Source: Bacteroidota bacterium
GTDB lineage: Bacteria > Bacteroidota > Bacteroidia > Bacteroidales > GCA-2711565
Assembly (NCBI GenBank): GCA_003353955.1
Contig: PIVJ01000004.1
Span: forward strand, 1,608-65,607
Length of the DNA stretch: 64,000 nt
Direction of reading: 5' to 3'
How positions within the stretch are numbered: position 1 is the stretch's first letter; each line of letters begins with the position of its first letter. Both the position numbers and the translations under genes were made by a program. The notes below the pieces were generated by a model that was not told the DNA's origin, searched no databases, and worked only from the letters and a program-made list of their open reading frames with translations. Shown here piece after piece: positions 49,406-58,884 of the stretch.

Positions 49406-50746
49406 ATGAATATTGTAATAGCAGGAGATGGTGAAGTAGGTTTGTATCTGGCTAAAGAACTTGCCGATGAAAATCATAATATTACCATTGTCGACCCCCA
49501 TGAAGATTTATTGAAAATGGTAGAATCACATACCGATTTAATGACAATTACCGGTGATTCAACTTCCATTTCAGTACTTAACCGCGCCAATATTAAAAAG
49601 ACAGATTTATTGATTTCAGTGGTTCATAATGAGAAAACAAATATTATCACGGCAATATTGGCTAAAAAGCTCGGAGCAAAAAAAACAATAGCCAGGGTTA
49701 ACAGTCTTGAAAATATAACCAAAGAAAACCGAGAGATTTATGAAAGTTTAGGGATTGATGCCTTGATCTGCCCTGAAGAAATAGCTGCCGAAGAAATTGT
49801 AAATTTATTATACCAAACCGCTGCTACAGAAATTATTAATTTCAATGGCGGAAGGCTTTCTTTATTTCTGATAAAGTTAGAGGACAATGCACCGGTTATG
49901 TATAAAACTTTAAATGAAATTACAACAGCACATCCTCATTTAAATTTTAGGGCAGTTGCTATTCATCGAAATTCCACCACCATTATCCCCAAGGGAGATG
50001 ATCAGTTTTTACCGAATGATTTATCCTATATAATTACAAAATCTGAAGGCGTTGAAGAGTTATTAAAACTGAGTGGAAAATCACTATTTGAAATTAAAAA
50101 TGTAATGGTTGTTGGTGGAGGGCGTGTAGGAAGAACCGCATGTAAACTATTGGAAAACGAAATTAATATTAAACTATTCGAGTCTGATAAAGAGAAATGC
50201 TTTAACCTTACCGATTATTTGAATGAAACACTTGTTATAAATGGTGATGCACGCGATATACAATTGTTGGAAGATGAAGATATTCGTGGAGTGGATGCTT
50301 TTATTGCCGTAACCAATAATTCAGAAACCAATATTTTAACCTGCTTACATGCTCGTAAATTTGGCGTAAAAAAAACAATTGCCTTAGTTGAAAACATAGA
50401 TTATATCGACATATCTCAAAATATAGGAATTGATACCATCATTAATAAAAAGTTAATTACTGCAAGCTATATTGTAAGATTTACGATGGGCTCTGAGATA
50501 GCATCCCTGAAATGTTTAAGTGGTGTTGATGCAGAGGTAATTGAGCTGGTTGCAAAACCTGCCTCAGCGATTACACAAAATCGAATAAAGGATTTGAAAA
50601 TTCCTGAAGGAGCCCTGATCGGGGGCGTATGTAGAGGTGAAGAAAGTTTTATTGCCACAGGCAATTTTCAAATCATTGAAGGTGATAAGGTTGTTGTATT
50701 TAGCTTGCCACAGGCCATCCATAAGATTGATGTTTTGTTTAACTGA
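49406..50746 (+). CDS. trkA: Trk system potassium uptake protein TrkA
   Basis: Two RCK/NAD-binding repeats (IAGDGEVG, VGGGRVG). Confidence 0.9.
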   Translation: MNIVIAGDGEVGLYLAKELADENHNITIVDPHEDLLKMVESHTDLMTITGDSTSISVLNRANIKKTDLLISVVHNEKTNIITAILAKKLGAKKTIARVNSLENITKENREIYESLGIDALICPEEIAAEEIVNLLYQTAATEIINFNGGRLSLFLIKLEDNAPVMYKTLNEITTAHPHLNFRAVAIHRNSTTIIPKGDDQFLPNDLSYIITKSEGVEELLKLSGKSLFEIKNVMVVGGGRVGRTACKLLENEINIKLFESDKEKCFNLTDYLNETLVINGDARDIQLLEDEDIRGVDAFIAVTNNSETNILTCLHARKFGVKKTIALVENIDYIDISQNIGIDTIINKKLITASYIVRFTMGSEIASLKCLSGVDAEVIELVAKPASAITQNRIKDLKIPEGALIGGVCRGEESFIATGNFQIIEGDKVVVFSLPQAIHKIDVLFN

Positions 50747-50816
50747 TTAATTTAATTGCTTTTGTGAATCTTAAAGCGAAATTTGTAATTTCGATCTATT
50801 ATTTTATTCCTGCTAC

Positions 50817-52280
50817 ATGTCAAAACGGGCTGATATTAATTACAAACTGGTATTACGAATTATAGGCTTCCTATTAATGGTTGAAGGAGGCTTTATGTTT
50901 TTGGGCATCCCATTTTCACTTTATTATTGTGGAAATACCTGCTTGTCATTGTTGTATTCAGGGCTTATTACTTGTGGAGCAGGAACCCTTCTTTTTGTAA
51001 CCTTTAAACAGAACTCAAATAAAAACATTGGCAAGAGAGAAGGTTATATTATTGTAACTTTTACATGGGTTGTTACTTCATTTTTTGGAATATTACCTTT
51101 CATATTAAGTGGAGTTATCCCGGATTTTACAGATGCATTTTTTGAAACAATCTCCGGATTTACAACAACGGGAGCAAGTATTTTAACCGATATTGAATCT
51201 GTTCCGAAAGGAATATTGTTTTGGCGGAGCACTACACATTGGATTGGTGGAATGGGTATTATTGTATTATCTGTTGCCATCTTACCGGTTCTCGGAATTG
51301 GTGGAATACAACTATTTGTTGCGGAAATGCCAGGCCCTACTCCGGATAAACTCCATCCCCGAATTACCCAAACCGCAAAACGATTGTGGGGAATTTATGT
51401 GCTTTTTACCTTTATTGAGGCAGGCTTGCTTATGCTTGGTGGAATGAATTTATTTGACGCCCTTTGTCATGCCTTTGGCACCATGGCAACAGGAGGTTTC
51501 TCAACACAAAATGATAGCATTGCAGGATTTTCCCCCTACATTCAATATGTGATAATTTTCTTTATGATCATTGCCGGAACAAATTTTACCCTGCACTATT
51601 TTGTATTGCACGGAAGATTAAAGAAGGTATGGCAAAATGAAGAATATCGTTACTACATTTATCTAATCGGGCTGGCCACAGTTATAATAACAGCCTCAAT
51701 AATTATCATTACGAATAAAGAATTTGAGCAATCATTTAGAGATTCACTATTTATGGTAGTATCCATTATTACTACCACCGGCTATGTAACTTCCGATTAC
51801 CTCCTTTGGCCGGGTATGTTGTGGTTTATTATATTCTTATTGATGTTTGTTGGAGGGAGTGCGGGTTCTACAGGCGGTGGAATGAAAGTTATCAGGCAGT
51901 TATTATTATTAAAAAATAGCGGTCAGGAATTAAAACGCTTATTACACCCACAAGCAATAATACCTGTTAGATTTAATCGTAAATCAGTATCGAGAGATAT
52001 TATCTTTAAGGTAATGGCCTTTTTCCTAATTTACATGATTGTTTTTGCGGCAGGCACCTTAGTTATGTCAATTTTAGGACTTGATTTTCAATCTGCAATT
52101 GGAGCAACTGCAGCATCTTTAGGTAATATTGGCCCTGGTATTGGTAGTGTGGGACCAGTTGAAAATTACGCAAATATCCCTGATTTTGGCAAATGGTTTC
52201 TTTCCTTTTTAATGTTATTGGGACGACTCGAATTATTTACAGTATTGATAATTTTTACCCCTGTTTTTTGGAAGAAATAA
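50817..52280 (+). CDS. trkH: Trk/Ktr potassium transporter membrane subunit TrkH
   Basis: Polytopic, with repeated selectivity-filter-like TTTG/TGGF/STGGG segments. Confidence 0.9.
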   Translation: MSKRADINYKLVLRIIGFLLMVEGGFMFLGIPFSLYYCGNTCLSLLYSGLITCGAGTLLFVTFKQNSNKNIGKREGYIIVTFTWVVTSFFGILPFILSGVIPDFTDAFFETISGFTTTGASILTDIESVPKGILFWRSTTHWIGGMGIIVLSVAILPVLGIGGIQLFVAEMPGPTPDKLHPRITQTAKRLWGIYVLFTFIEAGLLMLGGMNLFDALCHAFGTMATGGFSTQNDSIAGFSPYIQYVIIFFMIIAGTNFTLHYFVLHGRLKKVWQNEEYRYYIYLIGLATVIITASIIIITNKEFEQSFRDSLFMVVSIITTTGYVTSDYLLWPGMLWFIIFLLMFVGGSAGSTGGGMKVIRQLLLLKNSGQELKRLLHPQAIIPVRFNRKSVSRDIIFKVMAFFLIYMIVFAAGTLVMSILGLDFQSAIGATAASLGNIGPGIGSVGPVENYANIPDFGKWFLSFLMLLGRLELFTVLIIFTPVFWKK

Positions 52281-52366
52281 TTTTCCATTCTTCCTATTTC
52301 AAAATCATATTCAAAAAATACCCTATTTTTGATTTCATTCATTTCCCCTAATTTAAATCAAATATT

Positions 52367-53332
52367 TTGAGTTATTCTTTTAAAGTAACAAATAAGCAAT
52401 GGCTGGTAATCGTAAACCCTAATTCAGGAAAAAGAAAAGGTGAAAAAGATTGGGTTATCATTCATGACCTATTAAAGGCAAATAATTTCACCTTCAAAAG
52501 TATGTTTACCAAATATCGGGGGCATGCTACTGAAATTACAATCCAGATGCTCAAAGCCGGATATAAAAATATTATTGTGATTGGTGGTGATGGTACACTT
52601 AACGAAGTTATTAATGGTGTGTTAAGCCAAATAGAAACGCCAAGCAAAGATGTAAAAATTGGTATAATCCCAATTGGTACAGGCAATGATCTGGGGCGTA
52701 TGTATAATATTCCGGTCGATTATGAGAAATCAATTCAAATTATTAAGGAGGGAAAATCGTTCATTCAGGATGCCGGATTGGTAAGTTATTTGAAAAAGGA
52801 AAAGGAATACTCGAGATATTTTATAAATATGGCCGGGATGGGTTATGATGCGTTGGTGGCAAAAAAAACAAATCTCATGAAAGAAAAAGGTGGGGGTGGT
52901 CCCTTCGCATATCTGATAAATCTCTTTCTGGGATTAATCCAATATCAACATCCCTATCTTTCGATCGACATTGATGATAAAAACCTATTTCAGGGAAAAG
53001 CTTTTAGCCTAAGTATCGGTATTTGCAAATTTAATGGGGGTGGAATGATGCAATTACCTTTCGCCGTTCCAAACAATGGATTATTTGATATTACCTTAAT
53101 TCAAAAGGTATCAAAACTAAAAGTGATTGCTAATATTAAAAATCTATTTGATGGCTCATTTGTTAATATGCCGGAAGTAGAAACATTTACCGGTAAGAGA
53201 ATTAACATTCAGTCAAAACCGGCAAAAACAGCTTATCTCGAAACTGATGGAGAATCTCTTGGACACTCACCCTTTATATTCACTATCTTACCCAAGAGTA
53301 TTCAGATAATATCAGGGAATCCGGACTACTAA
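52367..53332 (+). CDS. diacylglycerol-kinase-family lipid kinase (YegS/BmrU type)
   Basis: VIVNPNSGKRKG, GGDGTLNEV and GTGNDL motifs. TTG start. Confidence 0.85.
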   Translation: MSYSFKVTNKQWLVIVNPNSGKRKGEKDWVIIHDLLKANNFTFKSMFTKYRGHATEITIQMLKAGYKNIIVIGGDGTLNEVINGVLSQIETPSKDVKIGIIPIGTGNDLGRMYNIPVDYEKSIQIIKEGKSFIQDAGLVSYLKKEKEYSRYFINMAGMGYDALVAKKTNLMKEKGGGGPFAYLINLFLGLIQYQHPYLSIDIDDKNLFQGKAFSLSIGICKFNGGGMMQLPFAVPNNGLFDITLIQKVSKLKVIANIKNLFDGSFVNMPEVETFTGKRINIQSKPAKTAYLETDGESLGHSPFIFTILPKSIQIISGNPDY

Positions 53333-53333
53333 T

Positions 53334-55109
53334 TTAATCAGCTGGTTTTTCTTTCCATTGCCCGTATAATTTAATTAGAGAGATCAGTTCTTTCACGGCA
53401 TCTTGTTCAACTACTCCATGATTTATAAGCTTACGTCCTTTATATAAGCTTACCTTACCATCTCCCGATCCAACATACCCGTAATGTGCGTCTGCCATTT
53501 CTCCCGGGCCGTTAACAATACAGCCCATTACTGCAATTTTTAATCCAATTAAATGACTGGTTGCGATTTTGACTTCTTCAAAGGCTTTCTGAATATTAAA
53601 CTTGGTTCTTCCGCAAGATGGGCAGGCAATATATTCAGTTGCTGTTATTCGGGATCCACTCGACTGTAATACCCTAAAACACAAATCTGTTGTTTGATCT
53701 GAAAAAGTTGGATTATTTATCCAAAGCCCATCAATTAAACCATCTACCAATAACGACCCAACATCGGCAGATAATAGAATTAGATAATCATCAAAATTCG
53801 AACTGCGATAATCCCTTTTTAAAACTATAGGATTTTTAACGCCACATTCAATGATTTCTGAAATGCATTTTTTAATTGCTGAAATATTTTGATCTGCAAC
53901 AGATTTAAGCATGATCACATCGTTTGACTTAAGTTCTTTCAGCATATCCTTTTTAAAATCATTATCAGCAGAAATAATAAATTCAATAAAAGCGATTGTT
54001 TCTGAGGTACTAAGTTTTCTCTTTTCGGCATTAATTAAAGCGTAACTTTTTTCATCTTCTTGCAAGCGATTCTTAAATTGATCGAAAACAAAATCAGCTT
54101 TTGGATTTGCATTGGTTGAAATAACAACCGGGGGCTTATCGCCACCAATTCCAACTAATTCAGTTGTTTCTCTTTTTCTGTACTCAAAAGGATTGATGTT
54201 TGAAAAGTAGGGGTTTTTAGTTCTAATTGCCCTATTGGCAGGTGTTAGGGTTTTCACAATAGAGTTGGCAAAATAAATTTCATTCTCGGGCTCTTCTGTT
54301 AGGGAAACGCGGATCGTATCGCCAATTCCCTCCTTGAGTAACGTACCAATTCCGGCAGATGATTTTATCCTTCCATCAAGCCCATTTCCAGCTTCGGTTA
54401 CACCTAAATGGAGCGGATAATCCATTTGTTCTTCCAGCATACGATTTACCAATAATCGATAAGCCGGAACCATAATTTTAAAATTACTCGATTTCATGGA
54501 AAGTACCAGGTTGTGAAACTGTAAGCCTTCACAGATTTTTAGAAACTCCATTGCTGATTCAACCATTCCAAGTGGTGTATTCCCATATTTATTAATCATG
54601 CGTCTGGATAATGAACCATGATTAACCCCAACTCTAATTACTGTTCCGTACTCTTTACAAATTTTAATTAAAGGAGAAATCTTTTCGGAAATCTTTTCAG
54701 TTTCCAGCCTATTCTCTTTCTCGGTAAGTTTAATATTGTTACCGGATTTTACACCCGTATAATTACCGGGATTTATTCTTATCTTTTCAACAATTCTTGC
54801 GGCTTTTTCGGCAGCTTTGGGATTAAAATGAATATCGGCAATTAGGGGCGTATTATACCCCTGACTTTTTAAAGCATTTTTTATTACAGATAAAGTTTCA
54901 ACCTCCTTTAGTCCCGGACTGGTAATACGGACTAATTCGGCACCTGCCTCGATCATTCTTACCGCTTGAGAAACCGTTGCTTTTGTGTCAAGTGTATTGG
55001 TTGTAGTCATCGACTGAATACGAATGGGATTTAATCCCCCCAGAGTGAGATGACCAACTTGAATCGTTCGGGAAATAAAAGGCTGATTAAATAACTTATC
55101 ATCTTGCAT
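53334..55109 (-). CDS. ispG: 4-hydroxy-3-methylbut-2-en-1-yl diphosphate synthase, long (insert-containing) form
   Basis: TIM-barrel N-domain, an approximately 250-aa insert, and a C-terminal Fe-S domain with CPSCGRT and MGCIVNGPGE. Confidence 0.9.
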   Translation of the reverse strand: MQDDKLFNQPFISRTIQVGHLTLGGLNPIRIQSMTTTNTLDTKATVSQAVRMIEAGAELVRITSPGLKEVETLSVIKNALKSQGYNTPLIADIHFNPKAAEKAARIVEKIRINPGNYTGVKSGNNIKLTEKENRLETEKISEKISPLIKICKEYGTVIRVGVNHGSLSRRMINKYGNTPLGMVESAMEFLKICEGLQFHNLVLSMKSSNFKIMVPAYRLLVNRMLEEQMDYPLHLGVTEAGNGLDGRIKSSAGIGTLLKEGIGDTIRVSLTEEPENEIYFANSIVKTLTPANRAIRTKNPYFSNINPFEYRKRETTELVGIGGDKPPVVISTNANPKADFVFDQFKNRLQEDEKSYALINAEKRKLSTSETIAFIEFIISADNDFKKDMLKELKSNDVIMLKSVADQNISAIKKCISEIIECGVKNPIVLKRDYRSSNFDDYLILLSADVGSLLVDGLIDGLWINNPTFSDQTTDLCFRVLQSSGSRITATEYIACPSCGRTKFNIQKAFEEVKIATSHLIGLKIAVMGCIVNGPGEMADAHYGYVGSGDGKVSLYKGRKLINHGVVEQDAVKELISLIKLYGQWKEKPAD

Positions 55110-55164
55110 GGTAGTGTCAACTGTTTTTACAAAGGTAGTAAATTATGGATGGCATTGTTTGCTA

Positions 55165-55860
55165 TTAGCCGGTTTGACTAACCTTTTGTAAGGCTGGAAA
55201 ATCAAGAATTTCAAAATCATTCCCTTCACATTTTATAACTTTCGATACTTTAAATTCTTTAATGACACGAATAGCACTCTCTTTAGACATTGCGGCTAAA
55301 TCTGCAATATCCTGACGGCTGATGTTTACAGTAAATTTATCATTTTCATAAACCTCTTTTGATAAATAAATCAGGACATCAGCAATTCTTCCAGGCATTT
55401 GCTTTTGGGTGAGATTAATTAGTTTTTCAAAATATCGAATACCTCGCTGGTTAACCCATTTTATGAATTCAATTGAAAAAACGCTATTTTGCTTAACTAC
55501 CTCCATAATAGCTTCCACCTCAATAAAACATGCAGTAACATCACTAATAGCATTAACTGAATAGTAATGGCGAAAATCATTGAACATACCAGGCCCTGCA
55601 AGCATTTCGGTTGGGCGCAATATTTTGAGTAGCAAATTCTTTTTGTTGACACCCTCAATATAAACTTTTGCAAAACCAGTAGTAACACAAGCAATATGTG
55701 TTAAGGCTCCGCCCTGCTTAAAAATAGTTTCTCCTCGATTGAATTTTACCTCATGTCGATGTTCGTTGATATAGTTAGTTTCTTCATCGGTTAAAAATTG
55801 AAAAAGATTCTGTTTCTTAGAACAATTCTGACAAAATACTGCATTAACAAATAAAGGCAT
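55165..55860 (-). CDS. Crp/Fnr-family transcriptional regulator with N-terminal CxxC
   Basis: cNMP-binding-like beta-roll and a C-terminal HTH (SRQDIADLAAMSKESAIRVIKEF). Cys at positions 10, 13, 58 and 111. Divergent from the cytochrome locus. Confidence 0.85.
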   Translation of the reverse strand: MPLFVNAVFCQNCSKKQNLFQFLTDEETNYINEHRHEVKFNRGETIFKQGGALTHIACVTTGFAKVYIEGVNKKNLLLKILRPTEMLAGPGMFNDFRHYYSVNAISDVTACFIEVEAIMEVVKQNSVFSIEFIKWVNQRGIRYFEKLINLTQKQMPGRIADVLIYLSKEVYENDKFTVNISRQDIADLAAMSKESAIRVIKEFKVSKVIKCEGNDFEILDFPALQKVSQTG

Positions 55861-56006
55861 AGTGTATATGTGTTAGCTATCTAGCTTAGCGTGTGTTATG
55901 TATAATGCTACTAAACAAGTAGTGTTCCTAGAAGTATATGTTCTTATAAACCAAAAATTTAATTACTAATTTATAATATGTGTACAATTGCTAAATTGTC
56001 GATTCA

Positions 56007-56020
56007 TTGACAAATATCTA
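56007..56020. promoter_or_regulatory. FNR/CRP-type half-palindrome TTGAcaaataTCTA
   Basis: One mismatch to TTGA-N6-TCAA. Lies 21 bp (two helical turns) from the stronger site. Confidence 0.35.
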
Positions 56021-56027
56021 AATAAGA

Positions 56028-56041
56028 TTGATAAATGTCAA
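56028..56041. promoter_or_regulatory. FNR/CRP-type box TTGATaaatGTCAA
   Basis: Perfect TTGA-N6-TCAA core and 9/10 match to TTGAT-N4-ATCAA. Lies in the 316-bp divergent region between the regulator and the first cytochrome gene. Confidence 0.5.
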
Positions 56042-56176
56042 GTAAGTTAAGGATTTATTTCAATCTCAGTCTGGAGAGATATCATGGCCTGCTAATAACG
56101 AGGTTTTCACAAAAATGTGTATATTGTAATAGAATTAACAAACGCTAATAATTACTCTAACTTAAAACTACGACAA

Positions 56177-57253
56177 ATGAAAAAATTTACATTTTTAACT
56201 TTATTGACTGCGGTTTTTCTGTTTTCAATCGTTACGATGTCTAGTTGTACCAAAGAAGGAGCAGCCGGAACAGACGGTGTTGATGGACCAGCCGGTCCTC
56301 AGGGTATAGCCGGGGAAGCAGGGATTGATGGAACAGACGGTACTGCTGGATGTATTTTATGTCACACTGGTGGAGAAGAACAAGGTATGTTTGCTCAAAC
56401 TAACCAATGGGAGGCTTCAGTTCATGCTACTGGTGGTAATTTTGAAAGAAATACTAGCGATTGTGGAACTTGTCATACCAGTCAGGGGTTTCTTGCTAAC
56501 TTAGCAGGAACGTATGACGAGAATGTGGAAAATCCAAATCCAATTAACTGCTACACATGCCACAACATTCACAAAACATTTACTCCTGCTGACCTTGGAC
56601 TTACTGCTTCAGCAGGTGTTGAGTTAATGATTAATGGTGATGTCATTGATTTTGGAAAAGGTAATTTATGCGCCGTATGTCACCAACCAAGACTACCCGA
56701 TCCAATGCCAGTTGTTGGTGGTGGAGATTTTACAATTAGTTCTTCGTATTGGGGAGGTCACCATGGCCCTCAAACAACTACATTTGCTGGTACTGGGCTA
56801 TTCGAATTTAGTGGTACGGCATCACTTGGAACAAATGCGCACTATTTAACTATTGAAGATGGATGTATTACTTGCCATATGGCAGAAGCTGATGGCGTTG
56901 CCACAGGAGGGCATACTTTTAACGTAGCTGAACAAGATGCAGACGGTGTTTCCGGAGATCTCTCTCTGGCAGGTTGTATGGAATGTCACACTGACGAAGA
57001 TGTACTTGAAGCAGACATTGAAACATTACAGGATGATGTTCATCATTTATTAGCTGAACTTGCATTATTATTAAATGAGGAAGGAATTCTTGCTGTTGGT
57101 GATCATCAACCAACTCCAGGAACTTACAGTTCTGATGTTGCAGCTGCATTCTTAAACTGGGCTATGCTTGAAGAAGACAGAAGTTTTGGAGTACATAACC
57201 CTAAATATGTGATTGGTGTTTTGGAAAATACAATTGCAGAGCTTACGCCGTAA
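56177..57253 (+). CDS. lipoprotein hexahaem c-type cytochrome with N-terminal collagen-like (Gly-X-Y)10 segment
   Basis: ATG at 56177 gives MKKFTFLTLL..VTMSSC (lipobox). Haem motifs are CILCH, CGTCH, CYTCH, CAVCH, CITCH and CMECH. The C-terminal EDRSFGVHNPKY helix region resembles NrfA/HAO-class multihaem folds. Confidence 0.85.
   Translation: MKKFTFLTLLTAVFLFSIVTMSSCTKEGAAGTDGVDGPAGPQGIAGEAGIDGTDGTAGCILCHTGGEEQGMFAQTNQWEASVHATGGNFERNTSDCGTCHTSQGFLANLAGTYDENVENPNPINCYTCHNIHKTFTPADLGLTASAGVELMINGDVIDFGKGNLCAVCHQPRLPDPMPVVGGGDFTISSSYWGGHHGPQTTTFAGTGLFEFSGTASLGTNAHYLTIEDGCITCHMAEADGVATGGHTFNVAEQDADGVSGDLSLAGCMECHTDEDVLEADIETLQDDVHHLLAELALLLNEEGILAVGDHQPTPGTYSSDVAAAFLNWAMLEEDRSFGVHNPKYVIGVLENTIAELTP
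56258..56350 (+). repeat. collagen-like triplet repeat (coding)
   Basis: GAA GTD GVD GPA GPQ GIA GEA GID GTD GTA G: ten uninterrupted Gly-X-Y triplets ending directly at the first CxxCH. Confidence 0.85.
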
Positions 57254-57272
57254 TTTTGGTAGTTTACGATAT

Positions 57273-57307
57273 AAAAAAGGCTTCAATAATTTTAGGAGCC
57301 TTTTTTT
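57273..57307 (+). terminator. rho-independent terminator after the hexahaem gene
   Basis: AAAAGGCT..AGCCTTTT stem followed by T7. Confidence 0.6.
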
Positions 57308-57424
57308 GATTAAAATAATACTTAAAACAAATACGATGAAACGAACCCCAAAAATGCTTTCTTACACAAGGGTGATGATTAATTGGCGAGTTTCATATGA
57401 CCTTTTAAAATAAATTATAGACAC

Positions 57425-57835
57425 ATGAAAAAGACAATCTATATCTTGGGTCTGGCACTGATAGGAGTGATGTTTATTACAGGTTGCGAATATGAATTTA
57501 TTGCTCGCCCTTTGGTCATCATTGATCCAGTTGATCCAGATGATCCAGTTGACCCCAGTTTGATAAGTTTCGCTGGAGAAATCATACCTATTTTTACAAC
57601 TGGTAACCGGTGTACAAGTTGTCATGGAACAGGAGGGCAAGCACCCGTTTTAACAGCTACTCTGGCTTACAGCCAAATTATTTCACAGGGGCTTGTTAAT
57701 ACGGCAGATCCTTCTTCAAGCAAGCTCTATACGTATCCTAAAATAGGAGCTGGCACACATGTTTGGAAAACTTATTCTACCGATCAAGCCGCAGAGATAC
57801 TCCAATGGATAACAGAGGGCGCTAAAAACAATTAA
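57425..57835 (+). CDS. lipoprotein monohaem cytochrome c, PSCyt1 (Planctomycete cytochrome C)-like domain
   Basis: Lipobox ITGC, a DPVDPDDPVDP linker, then IIPIFTTGNRCTSCHG...ILQWITEGA, which follows the PSCyt1 pattern. Confidence 0.75.
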   Translation: MKKTIYILGLALIGVMFITGCEYEFIARPLVIIDPVDPDDPVDPSLISFAGEIIPIFTTGNRCTSCHGTGGQAPVLTATLAYSQIISQGLVNTADPSSSKLYTYPKIGAGTHVWKTYSTDQAAEILQWITEGAKNN

Positions 57836-57852
57836 TTAAAAAATCAGAAAAG

Positions 57853-58725
57853 ATGAAAAAACGTAACATAATTTTCGCATTCTTAATGTGTACAGGATTT
57901 TTATTCGCACAGGAAGAAGAGGCAAAACCTGAAAAAAAACCGGTTAGATCGCCCTTCGAAAGCGGTGTTTTAATCAATAATCAAACTGGAGTAATCCCAG
58001 ATGTCCGTACCCTTGAAATGATCATCGAGCATAACTTTGGCACCATTCAAAATGGAATTACTGATTTATATGGATTATACGCGCCATCAAACATCCGAAT
58101 TGGATTTAACTATAGTGTTACTGACAATATTATGATTGGATTTGGCACCACTAAATTTAGAAAACTTACTGACTTTAGATTTAAGTGGAGCTTTATAAAG
58201 CAATCCAGAGAAGGCGGTAGTCCGATTGCTGTTACTTATTATGGTAATATGGGTATTGACGGAAGAAATAAAGATGCTTTTGGTCTTCTATATATGTTTG
58301 AAGGTACTGATCGATTTTCATATTTCAACCAAATTATTATTGCCCGTAAATTTTGTGATGCTTTCTCATTTCAGGTAGCACCAAGTATTACTCATATTAA
58401 TAAGGTTGAGTTAACCGAAGAACATGATAGAGTTGCAATATCGTTTAGTGGTAGGTTAAAATTCAGCTATCAAGGATCAATTATTTTTAATTATGACGCA
58501 CCACTTAGTATTGAGGGAATTCAGGAGCACACAGAACTGGATTTTGAGTCCAAGCCAAGTTTGGCTTTTGGAGTAGAATTTGCCACTGGCACACACGCTT
58601 TCCAGATTTTTATGGGTACAGCGAACACACTTAGTCAGCAGTACAATATGATGACGAATGCTAATGACTGGAAAAATGGAGCCTTCTTTATCGGATTCAA
58701 CATTACCAGATTGTGGAATTTTTAA
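57853..58725 (+). CDS. outer-membrane beta-barrel protein, uncharacterised family
   Basis: Signal peptide (..FLFAQEE), alternating amphipathic beta-strand pattern and a C-terminal aromatic ..ITRLWNF. Starts 17 nt after the monohaem gene. Confidence 0.7.
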   Translation: MKKRNIIFAFLMCTGFLFAQEEEAKPEKKPVRSPFESGVLINNQTGVIPDVRTLEMIIEHNFGTIQNGITDLYGLYAPSNIRIGFNYSVTDNIMIGFGTTKFRKLTDFRFKWSFIKQSREGGSPIAVTYYGNMGIDGRNKDAFGLLYMFEGTDRFSYFNQIIIARKFCDAFSFQVAPSITHINKVELTEEHDRVAISFSGRLKFSYQGSIIFNYDAPLSIEGIQEHTELDFESKPSLAFGVEFATGTHAFQIFMGTANTLSQQYNMMTNANDWKNGAFFIGFNITRLWNF

Positions 58726-58884
58726 AGTATAATTAAAGAAGAAAAATATGATTACTGGAAGGGCACTTCTGATAAAGGGATTCAATCAAGTAATAGATGA
58801 TTATATATGAACTCTTAAATAATAGCAATTAAATTATTGGGTATTCTTTTTTAAGAACATTCTTTTTAATAAATAAATATCAGG

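Noticed and set aside
57336-57413. 25-aa ORF (MKRTPKMLSYTRVMINWRVSYDLLK) between the hexahaem terminator and the monohaem gene
   Set aside because: It is very short and has no signal or hydrophobic character, and conservation cannot be assessed. It is more likely promoter or leader sequence for the next gene.
57524-57556. Short tandem GATCCAGNT repeats
   Set aside because: They encode the in-frame DPVDPDDPVDP linker of the monohaem lipoprotein. This is neither a CRISPR nor a non-coding tandem array.
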